A stretch of 46,871 nucleotides of DNA from Bacteroidota bacterium (GTDB lineage Bacteria > Bacteroidota > Bacteroidia > Bacteroidales > UBA4417): the NCBI GenBank assembly GCA_037128115.1, contig JBAXXB010000003.1, positions 1 to 46,871 on the forward strand, read 5' to 3'. The notes under the pieces were generated by a model. The model saw only the letters and a list, made by a program, of their open reading frames with translations, was not told where the DNA came from and did not search any database. Within the stretch, counting starts at the first letter, position 1. Each line of letters begins with the position of its first letter. Of the stretch, positions 1-9,803 are shown piece by piece. Made by a program: the position numbers and the translations under genes.

Positions 1-77
1 ATATAAGGTTATTATTCTGATTAACAATGAATTAAATTATAGAACTCCCCTATAGACTGTCCCTTTTATTTGCATTC

Positions 78-1280
78 ATGCTCCTGTTTTGTTTTTCGAG
101 GGCTTCAGCATATGGAGTGCTAACTCACGAAGCTATTATTGATGCCTCCTGGGATAATGCTATTGTGCCGCTGTTAAAGAAAAAATTTCCCGCTTCCACG
201 CCTGAGGAAATCATCAAAGCACATGCTTATGCATACGGTGGAGCAATACTGCCCGATATGGGTTACTTCCCTTTCGGTGATATTTTCTTCACCCAACTGG
301 TTCATTATGTAAGGAGCGGCGATTTCGTCATGAACCTCTTATCCGAAGCCAGGGACCTGGATGAATTTGCCTTTGCCCTTGGCGCCCTGGCGCATTATAA
401 TGCCGACAAGGTAGGGCATCCGGGCGCCGTAAATCTTTCGGTGAGTAGGGTATATCCTGCTGAGCAGAAGCAATTTGGCGATACTGTTTCTTTTGCTGAA
501 GATCCTGTAGCACACCGCCGGATGGAATTTAGTTTCGATGTCCTACAGGTGGCCAGGGGAGAGTATGCTTCAAAATCCTATCACGATTTCATCGGATTTG
601 AACTGGCACAGCCTTTGCTGGAACATGCATTCCTGATGACTTACGGCATTGAATTGAAAGTGGTTTGTACGGATCTCCCGCTCGCTATAAATACTTTCAG
701 GTGGTCTGTAAATACATTTATACCGCAGCTTACATATGCTGCATGGATTTCTGGGAAAAAGGAAATCAAACGCGAACAGCCCGGCATAACACGCAGGCAC
801 TTCAGCTATGGCATCAGCAAAGCAAACTACCTTAAAGAATGGGGTGAGAAGTACCACGAACCCGGTTTTGGAGCCTATGCTGAAGCATTAGTAATCAGGG
901 TTTTTCCCAAAATAGGCCTTGCACGGATTCTTAAGTTTAAACCTCCCACTCAATCGGCCGAAGCACTTTTTATAACAAGTTTCGACCGCACCGTTTTTGA
1001 ATATGCTCTCATGCTTGCAAAAATCGCAAATGGTCCGTTAACCCTTGAAAATATTAATTTTGATACAGGTAAAAAGACTATGCCCTGTGAATATGCGCTC
1101 GTTGATGAAACCTATAAGGAACTTCTGATGAGACTGCCGCTGCAGGCATCCGGATTAGTGGATGTGCAGCTCCGGAAAAATATTCTTGACTTCTATTTGA
1201 GGGTGCCGCCAAATTCCAGTAATGAAAAAGAAGCCAGGGAATGCACTGATGCACTTAGCTGGCTGGAGGCAGAGAAATAG
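78..1280 (+). CDS. Zinc-dependent phospholipase C family protein, exported
   Basis: Signal-like N-terminus, then YGVLTHEAII, AYGGAILPDMGY, HYVRSGDF and LAHYNAD His/Asp Zn-ligand motifs. The frame is open back to about 36, so the start may lie slightly upstream. Confidence 0.7.
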   Translation: MLLFCFSRASAYGVLTHEAIIDASWDNAIVPLLKKKFPASTPEEIIKAHAYAYGGAILPDMGYFPFGDIFFTQLVHYVRSGDFVMNLLSEARDLDEFAFALGALAHYNADKVGHPGAVNLSVSRVYPAEQKQFGDTVSFAEDPVAHRRMEFSFDVLQVARGEYASKSYHDFIGFELAQPLLEHAFLMTYGIELKVVCTDLPLAINTFRWSVNTFIPQLTYAAWISGKKEIKREQPGITRRHFSYGISKANYLKEWGEKYHEPGFGAYAEALVIRVFPKIGLARILKFKPPTQSAEALFITSFDRTVFEYALMLAKIANGPLTLENINFDTGKKTMPCEYALVDETYKELLMRLPLQASGLVDVQLRKNILDFYLRVPPNSSNEKEARECTDALSWLEAEK

Positions 1281-1583
1281 TGAAAAACATATGTATAAGT
1301 ATATGGACGAAGCCCAGGGGAAAATAATCGGTAAATTCCATATATTACCTGGAATAAAGGCGTTGAAACCACATGTAAATATAATCCAGGGATGGCAGTT
1401 TATTTATTGCCGGTAAACGGAAAACATAGTGACTCTTCATGGCTTCGTATTACACAGCCATTGTTCTTTAATATTGGCTCCGTGCTTATATGTCATAATG
1501 CATATGGTTTTTTTACCAAAGCAAAACTTTTCAGTTTTCCCTTTGTTTAAGTAAAGGATAATAAACAATCAACAATAATCTAT

Positions 1584-2672
1584 ATGAAACAATTTATGTT
1601 ATTTGCTTCCGCGAAAGTGGGAAACATTACGCTTGCCAATCGTATTGTAATGGCGCCTATGACCCGGTGCAGGGCAATAGGGAATGTGCCTAATGAACTT
1701 ATAGCTGAATACTATAAGCAACGTTCGGGTGCCGGCTTAATCATCACCGAGGGCGTATCGCCTTCGCCTAACGGCTTGGGATATGCACGTATACCCGGAA
1801 TCTTCAGCAATGCACAGGTAGCAGGCTGGGAAAAGACCACTTCGGCTGTTCACGATGCCGGAGGGAAAATATTTATACAGTTCATGCATTCCGGAAGGAT
1901 CAGCCATCCGCTGAATATGCCGGAAGGATCACAGGTACTGGCACCTTCAGCGGTTCAGGCTGCAGGGCAAATGTGGACCGATGCTGCACAAATGCAGGAT
2001 TTCCCTTTGCCTAAAGAAATGACCGAAGACGACCTGCTGCACACCAAATCCGAATTTGTAGATGCTGCAATGAATGCCATGGATGCAGGTTTCGACGGCG
2101 TGGAATTGCATGCTGCCAACGGCTACCTGCTCGAGCAGTTCCTTTCGCCTGTAAGCAATATGCGTAAAGATAATTACGGGGGAAGCATCGAAAACCGCTG
2201 CCGGTTCGTACTCGAAGTGGCAGCTGCCGTTGCCGAGGCCATTGGAAAAGAAAAGACAGGGATTCGGGTTTCGCCTTACGGTGTAGCCAGTGATATGCCG
2301 CTTTATACCGAAATTGACGCTACCTATAAATACCTGGCCGAAGAATTGAACAAACTCGACATCGCCTATATGCATGTGGTAGATCATTCAGCCATGGGTG
2401 CTCCCGAGGTGCCGTTGGAAATTAAGAAACTCATACGCGAAACATTCAAAAATACGATCATCCTTTCGGGCGGTTATGATAAAGCGAGAGCCGAATCCGA
2501 CCTGGAAAGCGGTTTGGGCGATTTAGTAGCATTCGGGCGTCCGTTTATCAACAATCCTGACCTGGTCGAAAGGCTAAAGAACGACGAGCCCTTGTCGCAG
2601 GATCTCAAAATGGATCTGTTTTATTCGGCTGACGAAAAAGGATTTACTGATTATCCTGTCTTTAAAGCTTAA
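1584..2672 (+). CDS. nemA: Alkene reductase, old yellow enzyme / NemA-like flavin oxidoreductase
   Basis: NRIVMAPMTRCR, GFDGVELHAANGYLLEQFL and FGRPFINNPDL motifs. Confidence 0.9.
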   Translation: MKQFMLFASAKVGNITLANRIVMAPMTRCRAIGNVPNELIAEYYKQRSGAGLIITEGVSPSPNGLGYARIPGIFSNAQVAGWEKTTSAVHDAGGKIFIQFMHSGRISHPLNMPEGSQVLAPSAVQAAGQMWTDAAQMQDFPLPKEMTEDDLLHTKSEFVDAAMNAMDAGFDGVELHAANGYLLEQFLSPVSNMRKDNYGGSIENRCRFVLEVAAAVAEAIGKEKTGIRVSPYGVASDMPLYTEIDATYKYLAEELNKLDIAYMHVVDHSAMGAPEVPLEIKKLIRETFKNTIILSGGYDKARAESDLESGLGDLVAFGRPFINNPDLVERLKNDEPLSQDLKMDLFYSADEKGFTDYPVFKA

Positions 2673-2711
2673 TAGAAACCCTCATCAGGTTAGCATGCTT
2701 TTCGATTAGAG

Positions 2712-2800
2712 AACAAGGAACAACGAAAGAGATTTATATAGGAGACCCGTTAAACTGATTTCCAGGTCACTTCTAAAATCAGGCATCGTTGTTCTTTGTT
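2712..2800. repeat. Imperfect inverted repeat between convergent genes
   Basis: AACAAGGAACAACGA (2712-2726) and TCGTTGTTCTTTGTT (2786-2800) are 14/15 complementary; there is an inner CTGATTT/AAATCAG stem. Confidence 0.5.
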
Positions 2801-3151
2801 GTACTAAATTCCACATTCGTGGGATAGCGACCGACAAATTCAGTAAATTAATGCCGCTGGGGGAGTGTCCCCTCTATTTAAGTTAAACCCTTCAATATTT
2901 GCCCGGAAGTAAGTTAAAACACAGGGAAACGTCTTCTGTTGAATCGGGTTAGCTATAAAATCAATTACTATAAATTGAAAATGGTATTCTTTTGTTCAAA
3001 TGCATTCCTGCCATGCGGCAGTAAATTAACCTGCACTATTCTACATACGGCAGTGCAAATCCGACATTGTCGGCCATGGTTCAGTATCTAACTTTATACC
3101 CTGCATTTTGTATTATAGATGTCACATCATAGCTGGTAAAACCCCTGTTTA

Positions 3152-3838
3152 TCAGGCAGGGATTCTTATTGTTTCTGGTTCCCGTAAATAGCCATTCGCG
3201 ATTAAGCCAATTTCATTCTCAATTTCAATCGCTCTGCCATCCTTTATAATCATTTTCCGATCGGCAACCTCAAGTACATTCCGATAGTAATGATCAGTGA
3301 TTATAATACCCTTTTCCTTTTTCAAACCAAGTAATAGTATCTTTATTGAATCCTGATAAATGGGCTCTACCATAGAAAAGGGCTCGTCAAGCATTAATAA
3401 TTTATGCGGCAAACCCGAAATCAGGAGTATTTCAAGGTACCTTCTTTCTCCCAACGACAAGGTTCCGATCCGTTGTCGCTCAATCTGAGCTATCCCCGGA
3501 GAATAAAAAATTTTGTTCTGGGCATCTCCATCCCTGTAATATAGGGGAATCACATCCCTTACTGCTAAGTTATCAGGCAAAAAACTTTCCTGTGGCAAAT
3601 ACGAAATATGCATCAGTTTAATATTGCTTGCAGGATTAAAACAAGTATTATCCAATACTATTTCATGCTCATCGGCAGGCAAAACACCAAATAGTATTTT
3701 TAGCAAGGTCGATTTCCCACATCCGTTACGTCCGAATATTCCTAAAATCTCACCTGTTTTTACCCGGATCGAAATATCCGACAGCACTATTCGCTTATTG
3801 AATTTCTTCGCGATTTTGTTTACAATAAGTTCACTCAT
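3152..3838 (-). CDS. ABC transporter ATP-binding protein (LptB-like)
   Basis: Walker A GRNGCGKST, variant signature LSLGE, Walker B LMLDEP, switch ITDH. Confidence 0.85.
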   Translation of the reverse strand: MSELIVNKIAKKFNKRIVLSDISIRVKTGEILGIFGRNGCGKSTLLKILFGVLPADEHEIVLDNTCFNPASNIKLMHISYLPQESFLPDNLAVRDVIPLYYRDGDAQNKIFYSPGIAQIERQRIGTLSLGERRYLEILLISGLPHKLLMLDEPFSMVEPIYQDSIKILLLGLKKEKGIIITDHYYRNVLEVADRKMIIKDGRAIEIENEIGLIANGYLREPETIRIPA

Positions 3839-4108
3839 TTAATAAACCAGTATAAGCAAAAGAAAAGCAATAATCAGGTTGATCATCATCGATTGGAGCA
3901 CCAGCTTTTGCTTTGACATCCCAAGATTATAATAAAAGTAGTATTGATTCCCATGAAATTGCCTGTAACAAAGCAGTCCGATTGCCAGTCCATAGGTTGG
4001 TAATGCTGCTATCCCGGCTAATGGGTTTACTATCATAGACACCAATAGCGAAAATGCTACAGTATATCGTGTCGAATCAAAATAAAATTTTAAAAATGCT
4101 CTGCTCAT
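3839..4108 (-). CDS. Small membrane protein (~89 aa), probable partner of the ABC ATPase
   Basis: Hydrophobic segments and a YYFYYNLGMSK motif; its stop abuts the ATPase start. ATG at 4108 preferred over 4225. Confidence 0.6.
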   Translation of the reverse strand: MSRAFLKFYFDSTRYTVAFSLLVSMIVNPLAGIAALPTYGLAIGLLCYRQFHGNQYYFYYNLGMSKQKLVLQSMMINLIIAFLLLILVY

Positions 4109-4324
4109 CCGTTTTTTTTGGGTATAAAATTCAGTCTTTCTATAATGGCTATGACAAGTGCGCGAATAAAATGTTGCCCAACTGTCAGCCAACGCAAATG
4201 CATATAGAGATTTCAAATGTTTCAATGATCACACATACCCGCCCATTATCCCGTTGTCCCAGTATCGCATTAGCACATTAACACATTCTAAATGTACTAT
4301 TGTGTTTGTTCATTTAAAAACGAA

Positions 4325-4410
4325 AACCACTCAGGCACTCAGCACACTAAGGAACACTTAGGATTTATAAAAGCTTTGCGACCTTTTGCCTTCTTTGTGA
4401 ACCTTTGAGC
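4325..4410. repeat. Degenerate short-unit repeats in inverted arrangement
   Basis: CACTCAGG/CACTAAGG/CACTTAGG units (4325-4363) face CTTTGCG/CTTTGTG/CTTTGAG units (4374-4410). Confidence 0.45.
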
Positions 4411-4441
4411 AACAATATTCTATGCTGTTTAGAATGGCAAT

Positions 4442-5119
4442 TTAGTGTTTTTTCAGTAGGCGGTAACCAATGGATATGCCTATACCCCGGTTTTTTGTTT
4501 TATGCCCCTTGTCAGTATTGTTCGTAATATTTGCAGCCCCAATGCTACAGGATACTCCAAATGCTAAAGCTTTTATCGCTACTCCGGCACCTATATTCAA
4601 ACCAAAATCCATTCGTTTGTAGCTCGGACTGTCACCCGATCCCCAATTGATTTTTGTATTGGATTTATATGTGTGACCCAGGTAGGTTGCTTCCTGTTTC
4701 GAATTGCCCGCGATTCCAAAACCGAGATAAGGTCCTGAAAATATATACGGTTTTGTGTTGCCAAGCTTAAATGTTGCCTTTACATTTAGCGGGATATCAA
4801 TATAGTAAAGTGTGGTATTATCCTTTTGGGCAACCGTTGTACCATCGTCGAGCGTTAATCTTTGGTTGTACCGGTATCCTTTGGTGGTAAGCAGCAAGGC
4901 TGGTTCGAACGAAAATGTTTTATTAAGCGTCACTTCGGCTGTTGCCCCGACATGGAAACCGGGATTTAGCTTAAAAATATCCCTATACGTCCGGTCATTG
5001 TCTTTCGAAAGCATGGTCGATAAGTTGAAGCCCGCTTTTATACCAAAAGTCTGGGCAAAAGGCACCGAAGCATAGGCAAACAGCGCAAGAGCTATAAATA
5101 TTTTTTTATAATTTTCCAT
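4442..5119 (-). CDS. Porin family / outer-membrane beta-barrel protein
   Basis: Signal peptide ending FA-Q, FGIKAGFNLS, YIDIPLNVK, GPYLGFGI, DFGLNIGAG. Confidence 0.8.
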   Translation of the reverse strand: MENYKKIFIALALFAYASVPFAQTFGIKAGFNLSTMLSKDNDRTYRDIFKLNPGFHVGATAEVTLNKTFSFEPALLLTTKGYRYNQRLTLDDGTTVAQKDNTTLYYIDIPLNVKATFKLGNTKPYIFSGPYLGFGIAGNSKQEATYLGHTYKSNTKINWGSGDSPSYKRMDFGLNIGAGVAIKALAFGVSCSIGAANITNNTDKGHKTKNRGIGISIGYRLLKKH

Positions 5120-5396
5120 ACCTATCCAGTTATAGTTCGAATATACTTATCCGTAATTCCTCCATATTCCTGCTGAAGTAAGTTTTTCACAGGTACTACG
5201 GTTTGCTGAACCAATATATGGTTAAAACTTCCGGGTGTAAAAATAGGCTTTTATCTCAAAATAGAAATGCAAATGGAAGTATACTGTTTTGAAGGCTCAT
5301 TGCACTCATACAGGTAAAGATTCAAGGTGTTTTATTGCTAATATACCCTGTTAATTCATTGATAAAAAAACCAATACTTTGAAGTATGATTAAACA

Positions 5397-5484
5397 TGTG
5401 AATAATGTAACTATTAACTGCAATTATGTAACACATTCCCGTATCAGCTTAACAACCTTTGTGCCCATGTGGAAAGAGTTTCAC
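5397..5484 (+). promoter_or_regulatory. Conserved promoter element, copy 1 (before BON gene)
   Basis: TGTGAA 5397; TGTAAC at 5406 and 5427; ACCTTTG 5455-5461; GTG-N10-CAC 5469-5484. Confidence 0.75.
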
Positions 5485-5501
5485 TACCTAAAATTGATAA
5501 T

Positions 5502-6158
5502 ATGAAAACTAATGAAGTACTCCAGAAAGATGTTCAGGACGCGATTAAATGGGAACCGCTGCTTAACGCAGCCGAAATTGGTGTAACCGCAAAAGATGGT
5601 GTCATCACCTTAACAGGTGTTGTCGACAGCTTAGCAAAGAAATACGAAGCCGAAGATGCAGCCCGGAAAGTCGACGGTGTTAAAGCCGTAGTTGAAGAAA
5701 TTAAAATTAAATTCGGTAGCCAGGGCAAAACTACCGATACCGAAATCGCCACCGAAGTATTGAACGCCTTTAAATGGAATTGGGAAGTTCCCGCCGGCAA
5801 AATAAAAGTAAAAGTGGAAGCCGGATGGGTTACTCTTGATGGAGAAATATTCTGGAAATACCAGAAAGATGCAGCAAAAAAAACGGCAAGCAATCTCTTA
5901 GGCGTTAGAGGTGTTACAAACAACATAAGCATCCGATCGGAGATTAAGGAAGATATCGAAAAACGTGCGATTGTGCTCGCTCTTGATCGTAATTCGGCTA
6001 CTAATGGCGAGGATATTACAGTTACTGCCGAAGGTCATACCATTGCCCTTACCGGGTTCGTTCATTCGTGGTACCAGAAAGACGAAGCTGAAAAGATTGC
6101 CTGGAATGCGCCTGGTGTATGGATAGTTGATAACGAGTTGGTTCTTGACTATATATAA
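5502..6158 (+). CDS. Triple BON-domain (OsmY-like) protein
   Basis: Three BON repeats (GVITLTGVV..., GWVTLDGEI...GVRGVTNNI, IALTGFV...APGVWIVDNEL). ATG 5502 preferred because GTG 5469 lies inside the promoter palindrome. Confidence 0.9.
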   Translation: MKTNEVLQKDVQDAIKWEPLLNAAEIGVTAKDGVITLTGVVDSLAKKYEAEDAARKVDGVKAVVEEIKIKFGSQGKTTDTEIATEVLNAFKWNWEVPAGKIKVKVEAGWVTLDGEIFWKYQKDAAKKTASNLLGVRGVTNNISIRSEIKEDIEKRAIVLALDRNSATNGEDITVTAEGHTIALTGFVHSWYQKDEAEKIAWNAPGVWIVDNELVLDYI

Positions 6159-6201
6159 CCGGGAAGCAGGTAATTACACGATGGTGTTCTTCCCGGCTTT
6201 T
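6159..6201 (+). terminator. Possible intrinsic terminator
   Basis: CCGGGAAG...CTTCCCGG stem followed by CTTTT; the loop is long. Confidence 0.4.
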
Positions 6202-6332
6202 ACTTGTATCGTCAGTAAATGCACTGATATTCGATTTTATGAACGGGAATTGCTAATATGAGGTAATGCCGGCTGGATGTGACCCATGGAAACAAAAAAA
6301 TTTAATAGTCATTTATACTAAAAACAGAAATC

Positions 6333-6545
6333 ATGTTTTACGAAAATTATTATTGGGGTATGAACCTCGTGTGGTGGATTGTATGGATAATCCTGCTTTT
6401 TTGGATTTTTGCAATACCTGTTGCCATTCCCGGGCAACGCAAAAGGCCTGATTCGGCTTTGCATATTTTACAAAAACGCTTTGCTGCAGGCGAAATTACA
6501 ACCGATGATTACCGGGAGAAGAAAAAAATCCTTGACAAAGGCTGA
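6333..6545 (+). CDS. SHOCT-domain small membrane protein
   Basis: Trp-rich TM segment plus ALHILQKRFAAGEITTDDYREKKKIL. Confidence 0.85.
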   Translation: MFYENYYWGMNLVWWIVWIILLFWIFAIPVAIPGQRKRPDSALHILQKRFAAGEITTDDYREKKKILDKG

Positions 6546-6698
6546 ACAGGGGGTAATATGTTTAAGGCTATTTCGCTCAGCGATCAGAAAAATTCCTCAT
6601 AAAGCCAGCCGGGACAATGAACCTCTTTTTATTTAGTGCTTTATGCTGAGCCTTTACGGGAATCTTTAAACATAACCCTGAAAATTTACCTGTTCTTG

Positions 6699-6783
6699 TG
6701 TGAATCATGTAACTCTTACCTGAAATTTTGTAACCTTTTCTGCATGTATTGAACTCACCTTTGTATTGTGATAATTAATTCAC
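6699..6783 (+). promoter_or_regulatory. Conserved promoter element, copy 2
   Basis: TGTGAA 6699; TGTAAC at 6708 and 6729; ACCTTTG 6757-6763; GTG-N10-CAC 6768-6783. Confidence 0.8.
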
Positions 6784-6801
6784 TACTTAAGATTCAATAC
6801 A

Positions 6802-7062
6802 ATGAAAACAACAGAAATTTTGCTTAAGGTTGATGATGGCAGCAGCAGAGAAACTAATATAAAAGTAGTAGCAGGAAAAGGATTAAAATATTTGCTGTTC
6901 CTCTTTATGCTATCATCTCTATCTTTCCTGCCCTCCTGTGCGGTCGAACTTCGTACTCCCCAACCAGGTGTTAGCATTGAAAATCACAATGGATATCATC
7001 ATCACCTGGGCAATCGTCATTCCCGCAATGAGCATGTTGATGTAGATATACACAACCGCTAA
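6802..7062 (+). CDS. Small putative lipoprotein with His-rich tail
   Basis: Directly follows promoter copy 2; hydrophobic stretch ending LPSC; HNGYHHHLGNRH. Confidence 0.55.
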   Translation: MKTTEILLKVDDGSSRETNIKVVAGKGLKYLLFLFMLSSLSFLPSCAVELRTPQPGVSIENHNGYHHHLGNRHSRNEHVDVDIHNR

Positions 7063-7246
7063 ACATTTCAGTATTTAGTCGCGCAGCAGGATAAACAGCT
7101 AGTTGTTTGACTTGTAAATTATTGATTTACAACTGACCTGTTTAAATAATAGGTTCTTTTTAAGGAAAATATGAAAAATCACTTCTGCAAAGTGCTAGAG
7201 CGTAAAATTCTTATAAATAATATTTTATGGAAAATACACATTAATA

Positions 7247-7382
7247 CACTAAGCACAATGCACAATGCACTAAGCACTAAGCACAATGCACTAAGCACTA
7301 AGCACTAAGCACAATGCACAACGCACAATGCACAACGCACTAAGCACAACGCACTAAGCACAACGCACTAAGCACAATGCAC
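7247..7382. repeat. Heptamer tandem array, 19 units plus a partial unit
   Basis: Contiguous units CACTAAG, CACAATG and CACAACG. Confidence 0.97.
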
Positions 7383-7443
7383 CAGATTTAATACAATCAA
7401 CAATATTCTAAAACAGAACCAAATAATACTAAATACCAGTACA

Positions 7444-8520
7444 ATGCAAAAAAATAAATTAGAAAAACTCACAGCAGATAAAAGTAATCCTTGTCTTACA
7501 ATATCAATCAACACACATAGGACCTATCCCGATAATGCCCAGGATGCCATTTCGTTAAAAAAACTTTGTGAGGAGGCAAATGAACGGCTGATCCGGGAAT
7601 TCGGAAAAAGGCCGATTGCCCGGTTGCTTGATAAATTAGAGCTGATTCCATTCGAAATTAACGAAAACTATAACCTGGATAGCCTGCATATTTTCCTTTC
7701 AAATACCACAAGGGAAATTTTCAAATCAACCTGGCCAACCAAAGACGACAGGATATTTATATCTGATTCATTCGCCATCGGTCCTGTAATCAAATCAATG
7801 CACAAAAGCGTCGATTATTTAATTCTCGTGGTTTCGCAAAGTGGGGCAAAAATGTTTGAAGCAACAAACGACGCCATCGTTTCGGAAATTCAGAATGACT
7901 ATTTCCCGTTTACTGAAAATCCTCATTTCAACACCGACCCCGAGAAACTTAGCGATCCTAAATCAACTGATAATATGGTCCGTGAGTTCCTTAACAAAAT
8001 AGATAAAGCGGCTGTAAAAATGTTTTATCAAACCAACCTGTATTGCGTGGTTATTTGCACCGACGGTAATTATAGCCGCCTTTTACAGGTAGCCGACAAA
8101 CCTGATATTTATGCCGGGCATGCAAATATCGATTATAATAACCAGGCCGGGCATCAGGTAGCTGAACAAGCGTGGAAAATTATAAAGGAAAAACAGATAG
8201 GACGCGAAAAAGCCGCTATTGATGAAATAAAAGAAGCTATCGGCTATAATAAAGCGATCACAGGTTTATCCGAAATTTACAAAGCAGCGAAAGAAGGCAG
8301 GGGTGAATTATTGCTCATTCAGAATGACTCCGGCCAGGCAGTGAAAATGACAGGTGATAATACGTTTGAATTGGTTGATGATATTACACAACCTGGAATC
8401 ATTGACGATATCACCAGTGAAATTGCCATGGAAGTGATCACGAAAAAAGGTCGTGTGGTTTTTACCGATCTGAATGAATTGACAGGACTTGGAGACGTTA
8501 TTCTGAAAACCCGGTACTAA
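7444..8520 (+). CDS. baeRF3-family (bacterial archaeo-eukaryotic release factor-like) protein
   Basis: PCLTISINTHRT..N..D.I.LK N-terminus, YLILVVSQ..AKMFE, IYKAAKEGRGELLL, DDI...IAMEV..KKGRVVF, ILKTRY; no GGQ. Confidence 0.75.
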   Translation: MQKNKLEKLTADKSNPCLTISINTHRTYPDNAQDAISLKKLCEEANERLIREFGKRPIARLLDKLELIPFEINENYNLDSLHIFLSNTTREIFKSTWPTKDDRIFISDSFAIGPVIKSMHKSVDYLILVVSQSGAKMFEATNDAIVSEIQNDYFPFTENPHFNTDPEKLSDPKSTDNMVREFLNKIDKAAVKMFYQTNLYCVVICTDGNYSRLLQVADKPDIYAGHANIDYNNQAGHQVAEQAWKIIKEKQIGREKAAIDEIKEAIGYNKAITGLSEIYKAAKEGRGELLLIQNDSGQAVKMTGDNTFELVDDITQPGIIDDITSEIAMEVITKKGRVVFTDLNELTGLGDVILKTRY

Positions 8521-8681
8521 AAAGTGGTTACTAGTTTTGGAAAAAGTTAAGCGGGAGCAGAGCAAACAAATCAAAATGCCCTTTATACAGAGTTTCTCGG
8601 ATAAGAACCGCTCAGACTCCTATAACTTGAAAAGCTGAACATTGTTAAAGATATCATTGGGCTCTCATAGTATTAAGCTGT

Positions 8682-8865
8682 TTGAACTTTTTGAGCTTTA
8701 ACCCCCGAACCCTCAATCCCGGAACCTTTGAACCCCTGAACTCCTCTAACCCTTGAACCTTTCAAACCCTTGAACTCTTCGAACTCTTTGAACCCCTGAA
8801 CTCTTCTAACCCTTGAACCTTTCAAACCCTTGAACTCTTCGAACTCTTTGAACCCCTGAACTCTT
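8682..8865. repeat. Array of 8-10 nt TGAACyCyT-like units with a 60-bp higher-order period
   Basis: 8726-8785 and 8786-8845 differ at one base; partial third copy 8846-8865; degenerate units from about 8682. Confidence 0.93.
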
Positions 8866-8905
8866 AAACCATTTCCAAATAACCATTAACTCTCTCCCCA
8901 AAACT

Positions 8906-9793
8906 ATGGATTTCGTCGATTATTATAAAATTCTGGGTGTAGACAAAACAGCGAGTCCGAAGGACATCAAAAGTGCCTATCGGAAACTAGCGCGAAAATT
9001 TCATCCTGATCTAAATCCAAACGATAAGGATGCGAAAAGGAATTTTCAGCAGATCAATGAAGCCAACGAAGTGCTGAGCGATCCTGAGAAACGGAAGAAA
9101 TTCGACCAATATGGTAAGGATTGGCATCATGCTGACGAGTTTGAAAAGCAGAATCAGTACCGGGAACAATCTTCAAACCAAGGTGGACAAAGGTTTCCAG
9201 GCGGGCAATCTGAAGGCGATTTTTCCGACTTTTTTGAAAACCTGTTTGGCGGTTCTGCAGGTGCTGGCCGGGGCAGGCAACCCAAATACCGCGGTGAGGA
9301 TTTTAATGCCGAATTAAAACTCGAGCTTATCTATGCCTATAAGACTGAGAAACAAACTTTAACCATAAACGGCAAGAAAATACGGATTACCATTCCTGCA
9401 GGTATCGAGAACGGGCAAACCATAAAAATTCCGGGTCATGGTGGTCCGGGTAAAAACGGAGGGCCAAATGGCGACCTGTATATTACATTTTCAATAGCCA
9501 ACCACGTCAGTATTAAAAGATTGGGCGATAATTTATACTCAACTGTTGACCTCGATCTATACACTGCGATGCTTGGGGGCGAAATAACAATTGACACGTT
9601 GGATGGCCAGGTAAAACTAAAGGTAGCGCCCGAAACACAGAATGGCAGTAAAGTAAAACTAAAAGGCAAAGGATTCCCTGTGTACAAAAATGAAGGCCTT
9701 TTTGGTGACTTTATTGTGACCTGGAACATCAAAATGCCAACCCATCTAACTGACAGGCAAAAGGAGTTATTTACTGAATTGTCAAAATCTTAA
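8906..9793 (+). CDS. cbpA: DnaJ-class co-chaperone CbpA
   Basis: J domain with HPD, G/F region, DnaJ C-terminal domain, no zinc finger; followed by cbpM. Confidence 0.9.
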   Translation: MDFVDYYKILGVDKTASPKDIKSAYRKLARKFHPDLNPNDKDAKRNFQQINEANEVLSDPEKRKKFDQYGKDWHHADEFEKQNQYREQSSNQGGQRFPGGQSEGDFSDFFENLFGGSAGAGRGRQPKYRGEDFNAELKLELIYAYKTEKQTLTINGKKIRITIPAGIENGQTIKIPGHGGPGKNGGPNGDLYITFSIANHVSIKRLGDNLYSTVDLDLYTAMLGGEITIDTLDGQVKLKVAPETQNGSKVKLKGKGFPVYKNEGLFGDFIVTWNIKMPTHLTDRQKELFTELSKS

Positions 9794-9803
9794 AACATTA
9801 GCC

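Noticed and set aside
3060-4200. Integron cassette with attC sites around the ABC module (also GTTAGCG near 40449)
   Set aside because: Only isolated GTT-core-like sequences; no matching RYYYAAC with a proper attC fold, and no integrase
7247-7382. CRISPR array (also considered for 8682-8865 and 39800-39946)
   Set aside because: Units are contiguous with no unique spacers, and there are no cas genes in the window
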